Shown here: positions 35,767 through 48,258 of the stretch, piece after piece
Position numbering within the stretch: the first letter of the stretch is position 1
Layout of the letters: each line of letters starts with the position of its first letter
The notes under the pieces: generated by a model
The model's database searches: none
Told to the model about the DNA's origin: nothing
The model's input: only the letters and a program-made list of their open reading frames with translations
Source: Nemertoderma westbladi
Lineage: Eukaryota > Animalia > Xenacoelomorpha
Assembly (NCBI GenBank): GCA_032718475.1
Contig: JAUCBJ010006708.1
Location: 1-64,000, forward strand
DNA length: 64,000 bases
Direction: 5' to 3'
Made by a program: the position numbers and the translations under genes

Positions 35767-37249
35767 CCTGGAGTCTTTAATCATATTCTTTAGAATCATT
35801 AGCTAAATAATTTATTTGAGGTGTTGACCTTATAAATTAATATTTCAGTATCAATACTATCGGCATAAGGTAAGTTTTAATAATTTTTACATATTTGGTT
35901 GCCTCCACACGTAAAAATATAATACTTTTAAAACACAAATTTCCTGTTAATACCTCTGCCTTTCATTAATCCTCTGTGCTCCTTTGGTTTGGGGTGCGTG
36001 GTGCAGATTAAGAGATTTATTCTTATTGGCAGTTTGATTAAATTTCTTATTTATTTATTTAAATTTCTTAAGTACCGATTTTGGGATAGAATTGCTCAAT
36101 TTGAATCTGTATCTGATAACTTAGCCTCGTGCTGCGCGAAGGCCCCACGAACGTGTAATAATCCGTATTTAAAATGTTTAGAGCTAATCTGTTTAATGTT
36201 GTGTTTGTATAGGTGTTGTTGGTTGGTTAAGGAGCCTTTATTGTTTCTCGGCGTGTTAATTTGCATAAAATATTTTCCTGGAATAATGCGACAGTATTTG
36301 CAAATTAAATAAAGTCTCATAAATATAAAATTAAGTAGCTAACTTAGGGGTCATCCATAAAAGACGTCCGAGCTAGAGGGGGGGGGGTCGGCCGAATTCG
36401 GACATTTACGGACAGGGGGGGGGGGGGGGGGGTGTAGCAAAATTCGGACGTCTGTTTTTAAATTTTTTATTGTCAACTTTGCAGCCCATATGGCCAAATG
36501 TAGTCTAAACTTAACTTTGGGATGGGCACCTAGGCCCCGCATATTTAAAGTGAAAGTAAACGTTTGGCTAGGTATCACAGACGATGCTATTAAGGTCAGA
36601 TTTAGATGTCTATCAAACACACTAACTCCCCGGGGCACTGGTTAAGAATAGCCGGAGGTTAATTTTCGCGAGAGTTATCTCGTCTCATCTCGTACTACGT
36701 TCTCATCACCAATTTGGGAGGAATCATTCCTAGCTGACTCGTAAACTACAGTATTTTATATAGTTTTCTATATATATTAGTACTGTTAATATTAGTAGTC
36801 GCCCCCCTAGCTGTACAATGTACAGCAATAATTCGTGTATTTGTTTTCTGAAACTTTGCCCGCGGGCAATGATCCTCCATGAGCAAACATCGCCCACTAA
36901 ATAATTATTTTTTGGTTAGAAAAAGCCCTCTCTGTAACCTGCTACTTTCCTTCAATTGGTAACAACATCGTTTATTGTTTTGGTTAGAAAAAGCCGACTC
37001 TGTAACCTGTTCCTTTCCCTCAATTGGTAACTGAAATGGTAACTAACACAAATATTATGGGCGAAGGTTGCTGGCGGGCGAAGATTCCCTTGCGGGCGAA
37101 GTTTTCACCGAGCGAAGTTTTCACCGGGCGAAGTTTGGATGCGGGCGAAGGTTGCACCATTCCTTGGCCAGCATCCCACCTCGGCACTAACAAACCTAAG
37201 TCAACGACAGACCGGAGAGACCCAGGCTACATCCCCCTAGTGGCCTATC

Positions 37250-40200
37250 AAGTACAACTAACAGCACTGCGACAAGTAGAACTAACAACACTGCAGCATG
37301 TGTGAATAACAGCACTACGGCATGTAGAACTAACAACACTGCAGCATGTGTGAATAACAGCACTACGGCATGTAGAGCTAACAACACCTCAGTATGTGTG
37401 AATAACACCACTACGGCATGTAGAACTAACAACACTGCAGCATGTGTGAATAACAGCACTACGGCATGTAGAACTAACAACACTGCAGTATGTGTGAATA
37501 ACAGCACTATGGCATGTAGAACTAACAACACTGCAGCATGTGTGAATAACAGCACTACGGCATGTAGAACTAACAACACTGCAGCATGTGTGAATAACAG
37601 CACTATGGCATGTATAACTAACAACACTGCAGCATGTGTGAATAACAGCACTATGGCATGTAGAACTAACAACACTGCAGCATGTGTTAATAACAGCACT
37701 ACGGCATGTAGAACTAACAACACTGCAGCATGTGTGAATAACAGCACTACGGCATTTAGAACTAACAACACTGCTGCATGTGTAAATAACAGCACTGCGG
37801 CATGTAGAACTAACAACACTGCAGCATGTGTGAATAACAGCACTACGGCATGTAGAACTAACAACACTACAGCATGTGTGAATAACAGCACTACGGCATG
37901 TAGAACTAACAACACTGCAGCATGTGTGAATAACAGCACTACGGCATTTAGAACTATCAACACTGCAGCATGTGTGAATAACAGCACTGCGGCATGTAGA
38001 ACTAACAACACTGCAGCATGTGTGAATAACAGCACTACGGCATGTATAACTAACAACACTGCAGCATGTGTGAATAACAGCACTGCGGCATGTAGAACTA
38101 ACAACACTGCAGCATGTGTGAATAACAGCACTACGGCATTTAGAACTAACAACACTGCAGCATGTGTGAATAACAGCACTGCGGCATGTAGAACTAACAA
38201 CACTGCAGCATGTGTGAATAACAGCACTACGGCATTTAGAACTAACAACACTGCAGCATGTGTGAATAACAGCACTACGGCATGTAGAACTAACAACACT
38301 GCAGCATGTGTGAATAACAGCACTACGGCATGTAGAACTAACAACACTGCAGCATGTGTGAATAACAGCACTACGGCATGTAGAACTAACAACACTGCAG
38401 CATGTGTGAATAACAGCACTACGGCATTTAGAACTAACAACACTGCAGCATGTGTGAATAACAGCACTGCGGCATGTAGAACTAACAACACTGCAGCATG
38501 TGTGAATAACAGCACTACGGCATGTAGAACTAACAAAACTGCAGCATGTGTGAATAACAGCACTACGGCATGTAGAACTAACAACACTGCAGCATGTGTG
38601 AATAACAGCACTACGGCATGTAGAACTAACAACACTGCAGCATGTGTGAATAACAGCACTACGGCATTTAGAACTAACAACACTGCAGCATGTGTGAATA
38701 ACAGCACTGCGGCATGTAGAACTAACAACACTGCAGCATGTGTGAATAACAGCACTACGGCATTTAGAACTAACAACACTGCAGCATGTGTGAATAACAG
38801 CACTACGGCATGTAGAACTAACAACACTGCAGCATGTGTGAATAACAGCACTACGGCATGTAGAACTAACAACACTGCAGCATGTGTGAATAACAGCACT
38901 ACGGCATGTAGAACTAACAACACTGCAGCATGTGTGAATAACAGCACTACGGCATTTAGAACTAACAACACTGCAGCATGTGTGAATAACAGCACTGCGG
39001 CATGTAGAACTAACAACACTGCAGCATGTGTGAATAACAGCACTACGGCATGTAGAACTAACAAAACTGCAGCATGTGTGAATAACAGCACTACGGCATG
39101 TAGAACTAACAACACTGCAGCATGTGTGAATAACAGCACTACGGTATGTAGAACTAACAACACTGTAGCATGTGTGAATAACAGCACTACGGCATTTAGA
39201 ACTAACAACACTGCAGCATGTGTGAATAACAGCACTGCGGCATGTAGAACTAACAACACTGCAGCATGTGTGAATAACAGCACTACGGCATGTAGAACTA
39301 ACAACACTGCAGCATGTGTGAATAACAGCACTACGGCATGTAGAACTAACAACACTGCAGCATGTGTGAATAACAGCACTACGGCATTTAGAACTAACAA
39401 CACTGCAGCATGTGTGAATAACAGCACTGCGGCATGTAGAACTAACAACACTGCAGCATGTGTGAATAACAGCACTACGGCATGTAGAACTAACAAAACT
39501 GCAGCATGTGTGAATAACAGCACTACGGCATGTAGAACTAACAACACTGCAGCATGTGTGAATAACAGCACTGCCGCATGTAGAACTAACAACACTGCAG
39601 CATGTGTGAATAACAGCACTACGGCATGTAGAACTAACAACACTGCAGCATGTGTGATTAACAGCACTACGGCATGTAGAACTAACAACACTGCAGCATG
39701 TGTGAATAACAGCACTACGGCATGTAGAACTAACAACACTGCAGCATGTGTGAATAACAGCACTACGGTATGTAGAACTAACAACACTGTAGCATGTGTG
39801 AATAACAGCACTACGGCATTTAGAACTAACAACACTGCAGTATGTGTGAATAACAGCACTACGGCATGTAGAACTAACAACACTGCAGCATGTGTGAATA
39901 ACAGCACTACGGTATGTAGAACTAACAACACTGCAGCATGTGTGAATAACAGCACTACGGCATGTAGAACTAACAACACTGCAGCATGTGTGAATAACAG
40001 CACTGCGGCATGTAGAACTAACAACACTGCAGCATGTGTGAATCACAGCACTGCGGCATGTAGAACTAACAACACTGCAGCATGTGTGAATAACAGCACT
40101 ACGGCATGTAGAACTAACAACACTGCAGCATGTGTGAATAACAGCACTACGGCATGTAGAACTAACAACACTGCAGCATGTGTGAATAACAGCACTACGG

Positions 40201-40320
40201 CATGTAGGACTAACAACACTGCAGCATGTGTGAATAACAGCACTACGGCATGTAGAACTAACAACACTGCAGCTTGTGTGAATAACAGCACTACGGCATG
40301 TAGAACTAACAGCCCTACGG
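37250..40320 (+). repeat. 48-bp minisatellite (two related 24-bp halves), ~64 copies
   Basis: Unit AGAACTAACAACACTGCAGCATGTGTGAATAACAGCACTACGGCATGT. Confidence 0.97.
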
Positions 40321-41849
40321 CATTTTCTATTATCAGATAGTCGGGGAACTTTCGACGCAAGAAAAATTGTATCCTCTCTAGGGGAAAATCGACGCAATAA
40401 TGGTCGGCTATATGAATCCAATAACAATGCGTCTACCCTAATTACTGTCCCTCATTATCATGTACAGCATTTGATTGGTTAATTGGTATAACTACGTACT
40501 ATATAGTTGGCCAGTTATTACTATTTACTATTAATTATATATTTAATGTCTATTTAAATTATTTTGAATCTGTTAACTAGTATATATGAATAATAAAGTG
40601 GGTACAAATATTATTATGACTATTACTCCGTTGGCAAAGACATACCAGTTCATTTCATTTTATATGAAAGCCGACCAGCCGACCACAGTTGACTTATGGA
40701 GGATCGCTAGAAGTCGGCTAGTTTACACATAAGGTATTTAGGTTAGGCCAAGTTCCAACCACTCTTGGGTCATGTATAAAGAGTAAGTCGCAAGTGGTCG
40801 GCTTACATATATATCATCATAGACTACATAAAGTTTTGGTCTAACATTTACACTCATTTTTAACGGAATAATTTGTTTGCGGTAAAGGTAAATGATACGT
40901 ACCGCCGTGTCTATTGGTTTGGTTACTTCCGAAACAGATCATTACAGAAATGGATTACAAAAATAGGTTTATCTTACCAAATTCAATGCAATTTCTTCAT
41001 TCCATGCTGACTCCTATTCGCCGATATTAAATAAATAAAATAATTCTCGTACATATATTAAAAAAAATATGTAAAAAATTTAAAACAATTCATTACAAAC
41101 TAACTGCCTCCACTCTGCGTCCAAACCCACACCAGAAGGATATTGTTTTACTATCGAAATATCTATGAATATCTCGTGAACATAAATATCACAAAAACTA
41201 AAATATGGCTCACATTATAATATATAACAAAAGTATAACTTACAATGGGTTGATTTACAATTATTAAGTTCTGGAACTGAAGGTTATTGGATGGAACGAG
41301 AAGGAACGTTGGTAACTGGGGAGGTTCGTCTATAATTATTCACTTCGAATTTGATCTTCTGTATCGTTGATCAACCTAAAATAATAATATTACAAGCCGA
41401 TAGTAATTATGGTTTAGTAATAATGACAGTAGGTATCTATGTATGTAAAGATTGATGTTCTGTGTTGGTATCTACGTACATACTGATGGTAAAGGCAGTG
41501 ATTTTTTATGTCCTTTTATTTGACTTTTTTTGTCATTTTTTTTTTCGAATTATGCATAATGACTTTTGTTGTCCTTTTAATGACTTTTATTGTCCTTTTA
41601 ATGACTTTTTATGTATGTATTTCTTCAAACTGTCAGACTGCTGATTTCTGGACTGTCAGACAGTTGATTTCACTATGCCTGTGCCAAAACATTCCATGAT
41701 TCCATGATTTATAGACTATGAGATAGATTTCCATATGCGCCTGTGGTAAAAAGACTCTATATTTAATAGTTTGTGGTTGTTGTCGATAATCGATTACCAC
41801 ATGACGTAGCAAAACACTCATTTTATAGCCAAAAACAATTACCAATTGA

Positions 41850-42745
41850 TGGAAAGGAGCAGGTTAAGGCCGAGTTTTCTAACCAAAACAATAAACAGTC
41901 ACTTTACCAAATCAGGGAAAGGAGCAGGTTACAGAGACGGGATTTTCTAACCAAAACAATAAACGATCACTTAACTAATTGAGGGAAAGGATCAGGTTAC
42001 AGAGGCGGGATTTTCTAACCAAAACAATAAATGATCACTTAACTTATTGAGGGAAAGGAGCAGGTTACAGAGGCGGGATTTTCTAACCAAATCAATAAAC
42101 GATCATTTAACTAATTGAGGGAAAGGGACAGGTTACAGAGGCGGAATTTTCTAACCAAAACAACAGACGATCACTTAACTAATTGAGGGAAAGGAGCAGG
42201 TTACAGAGGTGGGATTTTCTAACCAAAACAATAAACGATCATTTAACTAATTGAGGGAAAGGGGCAGGTTACAGAGGCGGGCCTTTCTAACCAAAACAAT
42301 AAACGGTCACTTTACCAATTCAGGGAAAGGAGCAGGTTACAGAGGCGGGATTTTTCTAACCAAAACAATAAACGATCATTTAACTAATTGAGGGAAAGGG
42401 GCAGGTTACAGAGGTGGGATTTTCTAACCAAAACAATAAACGATCATTTAACTAATTGAGGGAAAGGAGCAGGTTACAGAGACGGGATTTTCTATCCAAA
42501 ACAATAAACGATAACATTACCAATTGAGAGAAAGGAGCAGGTTACAGAGGCGGGATTTTCTAACCAAAACAATAAACGATAACATTACCAATTGAGGGAA
42601 AGGAGCAGGTTACAGAGGCGGGATTTTCTAACCAAAACAATAAACGATCACTTAACTAATTGAGGGAAAGGAGCAGGTTAAGGCCGGATTTTCTAACCAA
42701 AACAATAAACAGTCACTTTACCAAATCAGGGAAAGGAGCAGGTTA
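41850..42745 (+). repeat. 68-bp tandem repeat, ~13 copies
   Basis: Unit GAGGGAAAGGAGCAGGTTACAGAGGCGGGATTTTCTAACCAAAACAATAAACGATCACTTAACTAATT. Two degenerate inverted copies lie at ~36905-37030. Confidence 0.93.
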
Positions 42746-44369
42746 TCCGTAACACTACTCAGACAGTAGTCATGATCCATTATTGATTATAAAACTAATA
42801 CAGTAATAGGCCTAAATTATGTGAAAGGTATATCCACATTTTCCAGAATCCTGCAATCCAGTTTGGCCTATCAATTATTTAAAATTTATTAGCACAACCG
42901 GTAGGCCTACCATTACCTTATTTAAATGGTAGGCTACACAGTAGGCCTATAGCAGTACCGGTGCCGGTACCGGTACTAAAATACAGAAATACCTGCTTTA
43001 TACCTACATCTGTACATACATAATACAGCAAAATAGTGCTATATATACTAATACCGGCACTGATAGCCTGAGAGAACAGCAGTAGAGAAACCGGTAGCAT
43101 GGAACCTAACATTAGACTTTTGGAGGACATAAAAAATAAAAAATAAAGGACAAAAAAAGGATTTAAACGGACAATAAAAATTATTGCGGATGGTAAATCT
43201 CCGTATGTACTTTATGTACGTACATAGAGACAGCTGGTTGGTCTAATTATGTACGAACAGACAGATAATTGGTCTAGTTATTTATACTGTATAACCTGAT
43301 TAAGTGTACGGTCACACTGTGACTGGAATGTTGTTGTATGTTTATGAAGCAACATTAATAATGTTGGTGAAAGATTTAATATAAGATGTTCAGGAGAAAA
43401 TATATTACTAAAAATGTATCTATTTCTACAAAAATAATTCTGCACCTTTGCTACTTTATATGTATAACATAAGGCAACGCAATTAGATTACAAACTTACA
43501 TTTATTTGTAGATAAATTTTGTCTTTCGTCAGGATCTTTGGAGCTGAATAAATTGTAGCGATTCTGCGACACTGTGATTAAGTACTCGTAAGGTATACTG
43601 ACTGACACACAGCCGTTTATCAGCCTTTTTTATGGTTAGGTAACAACTGAACTTTACTTCTACAAATATGGGTGTTACTATTTAGTTCACTAATTAATGG
43701 GCTGTGTGTTCCAAGGGAGATATTATCTATCGCAAATATCTCTGTAATGTAATGTTTGTCATCTTTATACAAGAAGGGGGTGTGTGTACGTAGAAATCGA
43801 TTATAATTAATTGAAATCCGTGACTATGTTCCTTGAATATGACTCAGGTCATGGGAACCAATAATCTTAACGGAAGTTTCCCCTACTGTAAGATAACCAA
43901 GGATATAACACCCAGGATATATATTCATCGCCTGTCTCCAACACTCATGGTATTTGACAATAAATCTCAGCATAAGTCATGTGATGATGTTTAGTGCTGT
44001 TCTTAATAGTCTTTTATGTGGATTTCAATTTGATAGAGAATCAATGGGTGTGGTGAGTTACTGTAACTTTGGCGCTCGTCTAGGAAATACTACTACTGCT
44101 ATCGGAGTGCTGCATTGCAGCAGCATAGTTTTATTACATATATATTAAATATAATTAAGTATAATACTACTTTGATCACCTGACAAAGATCGAACCCGGA
44201 GAACGGACAGAGACCCGGACAGAACCACGGGGGCGGACAATTACCCACAGTTGGCTTATGGGGCAGACAGAGACCCGAACCGAACCCAGGGGGGGGGGGG
44301 GGGGGGGCACAGCCACACAGTGGATTCTAGACAATGTACAGTAACACATAAAGATGAAAGTTCACTTAC

Positions 44370-44770
44370 TCAAAAATGGTACGCTATGGTGATGGAAGCG
44401 TTGCTGGGCGACCTAAATAGTTAAGAGATTATTGGGAGGTGGTGAACTCAATAGGGCCAGGATATGGGTATTTCCCATATCATATGAAATCTACTTTATC
44501 GTAAAGGAAGAGCACAGAGCTCAGGCAGAGGCGATTATAGCAGGAACCGGCATCCAACTTCCCTATGGACACCGGGTACTTGGATCTGTAATAGGATCTC
44601 AGCCAGCCTGTCAGAAATTCATATCACAGCGAGTCGGCCAACTACAAAAGGAGTTACCTTGTTTCAATGATTTCGCAGGTTCAGCCCCACACCCCGTTTA
44701 CAGCTGCCTAATGTATGCAGCCAAAGTTTACTTATCTCTCTCGTACAACCCCAGATTTCGTGGAAAACTT
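44370..44770 (+). pseudogene. Degenerate non-LTR retrotransposon RT fragment (CRE-like)
   Basis: Frameshifted translation QKWYA..DGSVAG...LRDYWEVVNSIGPGYGYFP / IVKEEH..AEAIIAGTGI..GHRVLGSVIGS resembles RT subdomains 5-7 of CRE-type elements. Confidence 0.65.
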
Positions 44771-44900
44771 GTTCCATTTGTGCGTTTGATTTTGATTTAT
44801 TATAGCATTGTTATTATTATTTGAAATAATATTATTTATTTTGTTCATATATTATATTAAACATTTACAATCTCTTTAGTATAAATTCCTTTCAATAATT

Positions 44901-45011
44901 ATGAAACACTTATTGATTCTTACATCACTTGTGGCAGTTGGCTACGGTTTGAGTTGCCACAGTGCCGGGCCAGATGGAAAAATGAGTAGAGATGGTTGCG
45001 TACGATGTGTT
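44901..45011 (+). CDS. Secreted three-finger (Ly6/uPAR/snake-toxin-like) protein, coding exon 1
   Basis: MKHLLILTSLVAVGYG-LSCHSAGPDGKMSRDGCVRCV, then a GTAAGT donor (phase 0). Signal-peptide-like N-terminus. Confidence 0.8.
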
Positions 45012-45204
45012 GTAAGTCTTCAGCAATAAATATTAGACTATCTGTACAAGTGTAATAGTTTGGAAGGGGACAGACATGATGGATTAGGTTTAATGGGTCG
45101 AACCACTAACTACAACTACTATAGTCGGCCTACAGCATTGAAACTGCACATTGAGATGCTATGCCGGTTTGACAAAAACATTTTGTCACATTTTGTAGAA
45201 GTAG

Positions 45205-45410
45205 GGGTCCATGGTTCCAATGTTGGAGACTTTCAGACAAGTTGGTCCATGGTCCTCGGGTCCATGTTCTGCGGATGGAGGCTGTCAGACTGGGCGGGGT
45301 CCATGGTTCCGGGGATGGAGGCTGTCAGACAAGGTGGGGTCCATGGTTCTGGGATGGCGGCATTCAGAGAAGTTAGGGTCCATGGTTCCGTTCATGGAGG
45401 TTTCCATACA
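45205..45410 (+). repeat. Degenerate ~40-bp tandem repeat in the three-finger gene intron
   Basis: Recurring GGGTCCATGGTTC...GGAGGCTGTCAGAC. Confidence 0.7.
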
Positions 45411-45542
45411 AATTTCTCCCCTGGCACGCCCTGATGACCCCCCCCCCCCCCCCCCCCATTGAATTAATAAATTAAATTATAATTTCTTGTATTCGAATGT
45501 ATTGCTCTGTTGTGTTATTGTACGACAATGTTATTATTTCAG

Positions 45543-45737
45543 ACTATGACCATAGTCCACCATGGCGGAATCCCTCCAACCACAATGCCAATGTGTTTAC
45601 CTAAAGACGCCCCTCTATCTGACACCGAATGCAACACAATAGAGACCTACATTTGTGCTGGACAAAGAGGCGACCCTAGTGCACCTCCAGACACTTCTTG
45701 TAGTGTCACTTGCTGTGATGAAGACCTTTGCAACTAA
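45543..45737 (+). CDS. Secreted three-finger protein, coding exon 2
   Basis: TTATTTCAG acceptor, phase 0. Ends in the LU-domain signature CCDEDLCN*. The joined product is 101 aa with 10 Cys. AATAAA at ~45889. Confidence 0.82.
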   Translation, partial: TMTIVHHGGIPPTTMPMCLPKDAPLSDTECNTIETYICAGQRGDPSAPPDTSCSVTCCDEDLCN

Positions 45738-46313
45738 AAATTAATTCTTCAAATAGACTAGGACAATCTACTTTCTTTTTGAATGTTAGGTGATGGAATT
45801 TAAAAATAATTAAAAGGTCTAAAAAACAACCAACTGTATTGGGTTAGCCTGTGTAAAGTAAATACAACTATATATCTTCTTAACAAACAATAAAAATTCA
45901 TTTTATTGTTAAAAATTCAAAAAAACATTTTCACTTAAATCTGTTCTTTTATTTGACAATAAATAAAATATGCCTTACCGGTATCTATCGCTCGTTCCAA
46001 AATCAATTTATTTAATGGTTGAACGCTACGATAAACTATATCTAGAGATGGGAAGGATAATAAAGTATATAATTAAATCTACATTAATTAAGAAATTTTA
46101 TTATTAAAATGAAGTGTTAGAATTACCGAAATAGTATTGGGGCCTATTGTTTATCATTACACATATTGTAGAATAGGTAGTTTACCCAAACATTTACCAG
46201 ATATTTAGGTTTTTTTTTTAATTATATACATTTCGAGCGGAGTTAATCTATTCTATTAAAATGAAGTTATTTATATATAAAATATAATAATGTCAAATTG
46301 AAATTTGTGTTAA

Positions 46314-46362
46314 CCCTATTACCACTGCCCCCCCCCCCCCCCCCCCCCCTGTGGTAATAGGG
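46314..46362. mobile_element. Tiny piggyBac-like remnant / perfect hairpin
   Basis: TTAA-CCCTATTACCAC [poly-C] GTGGTAATAGGG-TTAA. Confidence 0.55.
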
Positions 46363-46509
46363 TTAACACTAAACATTAAAGGTCTGCTAATAGTAATTTA
46401 AATTAAATTGATTTAGCCCCAAGCTGGGCAATAGGTCTGGGCAATAGTTGGACCTTTTTTGCAGTTCATGGTATCTAGTTATCGATATTTCATTGCAATA
46501 TTTACAACA

Positions 46510-46630
46510 GCCAGAGCATTATCTTGTACTTTGGCAGCCTCATGGAGTGAATAAGCATGGTGGACAGCCCATGACTTTCTTGAGACACATCTTAAAGGAC
46601 ACTGGCCTTGAAGATGCGGATGATCTAGCA
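46510..46630 (+). pseudogene. C-terminal fragment of an RTE-like non-LTR retrotransposon ORF
   Basis: LVLWQPHGVNKHGGQPMTFLRHILKDTGL resembles the LLW.P.HG.R.RGRP..TY...L..DTGL tail of RTE-type ORFs. Confidence 0.45.
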
Positions 46631-47301
46631 AGTAAGCTACTACTATTTATTGAATGGATAGCCCAAACTGCACAGAAGTATATTACTTGCCAAATTTATT
46701 ACTATATCACTCTAACCCAGACAGTAATCAAACATCAACTGTAAGTTTGTATAATGTATTACCCCACCAGATGAATAGCAGCTCTTCCCAGTGAATCCTA
46801 TGACAATAATCTATAAGGTTACTCACTGCTATGTTAGGTGGGAGGGAGTTGATGATAATGAATGAGGAGGGACCCAACTAACACTACGTTTGTCTATGGA
46901 GGGTCTCCTTACAGCCAGCTGGCTGGCTTTCTAGTTGAATCATATTATTCCGCAACTAAATAATTTACTCTTTTAGATGAATTTGTGCGTTTTTTTGCCG
47001 GACTAACAAATTTTGGCGACGTTCTGTGCGAGATTGGCGATATTTGAAAAGATTCTGAGGCTCAAATATGTTGCTCAGATGACTGAATATCTCAAATAAA
47101 AAAGTTGGTGCATATTCGACGAGTTTAAATCGGTGAAATTCGACTTTAAATTTTCAAAACCACTATTTTTCAGTGACCTCGTGATCGAAACGCCACAAAA
47201 AATATACAGTCTTGTGCGCAACCAAAATTTATGTAGAGTTTGTTATTAAAATTTTTGCGTACCTGCTTGAGTTTTTGAGATATTGGATGGTTATACATTC
47301 A

Positions 47302-47327
47302 GACACACACACACACACACACACACC

Positions 47328-47382
<55 letters not shown>

Positions 47383-47385
47383 CAA
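47302..47385 (+). repeat. (CA)n microsatellite
   Basis: Interrupted CA run. Confidence 0.95.
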
Positions 47386-47871
47386 CACGCACACCCGCCA
47401 TGGTTCTTTCACACACTGAATTTTGAATTTTACTAACTGTAAAATTCATTATATCTTCACATCAACAATTTGCAGAGTTTGTGTCATGTTTTTTTCACAC
47501 ACGAAATGAAAATTACAAAACATCTGCTAAGGGGCGTCGGAGGGGTGGTTGCGATGTGTGTGTGACTTTATAATTTTTTGCATTGTATGTGTTATTTACA
47601 AATTCCCGCTTTCTGATTATTTCTGCTACTTTCTACCTTATCCAGGTATTTACCGAGTGCCGAGCCGGTGAGGTAAATATAACAAAATACATAAATAATA
47701 ATAAATAAAATAAATATAAATACATAATTTGAATAATTTATAATCGAACATGATTTATTCAAGTTTGTTCTAATTGGCCATTTTAGGTTTATATAATATA
47801 CTCCAAGCCATACTTACAAGTCTTCCTCATCTTACATACCTTGTGCGGTATTTCTGTTTTTTTAGTTTATT

Positions 47872-47908
47872 TCCCTGATGATGCCCCTAGTGGGAGAAAT
47901 TAATTGGA
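47872..47908 (+). ncRNA. Possible degenerate minimal hammerhead ribozyme (Penelope-type)
   Basis: TCC-CTGATGA-T-GCCC-CTAGT-GGGA-GAAA-TTAA-TT-GGA, with one mismatch in stem II. Confidence 0.3.
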
Positions 47909-48258
47909 TTGTATAATAAAACAGATAGAGTCGGGCGTAAAGAAACTCCTTTATTTCTCAGTCAGTGCACGAAATGCATTGTCGCGCCCTGAAGTCGGCT
48001 TGCCGTTTGATTAATAACTTTAATATGATAGATGTCTGGCTATGAGTAAAATGCAATGACTTCACATATATATGTCTTAAGTCAAATGTGAATGAGCTAC
48101 AAGTACGTTAAAGCACCAATATTAACATTATGTGAAGAAAACCTTTGTATTCATTCAGACTGGCCCACATTGACTATTATAGGGTCTTCTCCGTTTTTTC
48201 AGAATCAATATGCCTAAAATGATCTATGGCTATGAGTAAAGGGTAACAGTATAACATA

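Noticed and set aside
36344-36480. G-run-rich MITE-like end (AGGGGTCATCCATAAAAGACGTCC)
   Set aside because: No matching second terminus or TSD found in the window.
41244-41375. Minus-strand segment bounded by AG and GTAAGT, a possible downstream exon of the repeated-exon gene
   Set aside because: All frames stop early (best VDQRYRRSNSK*). It cannot be linked without transcripts.
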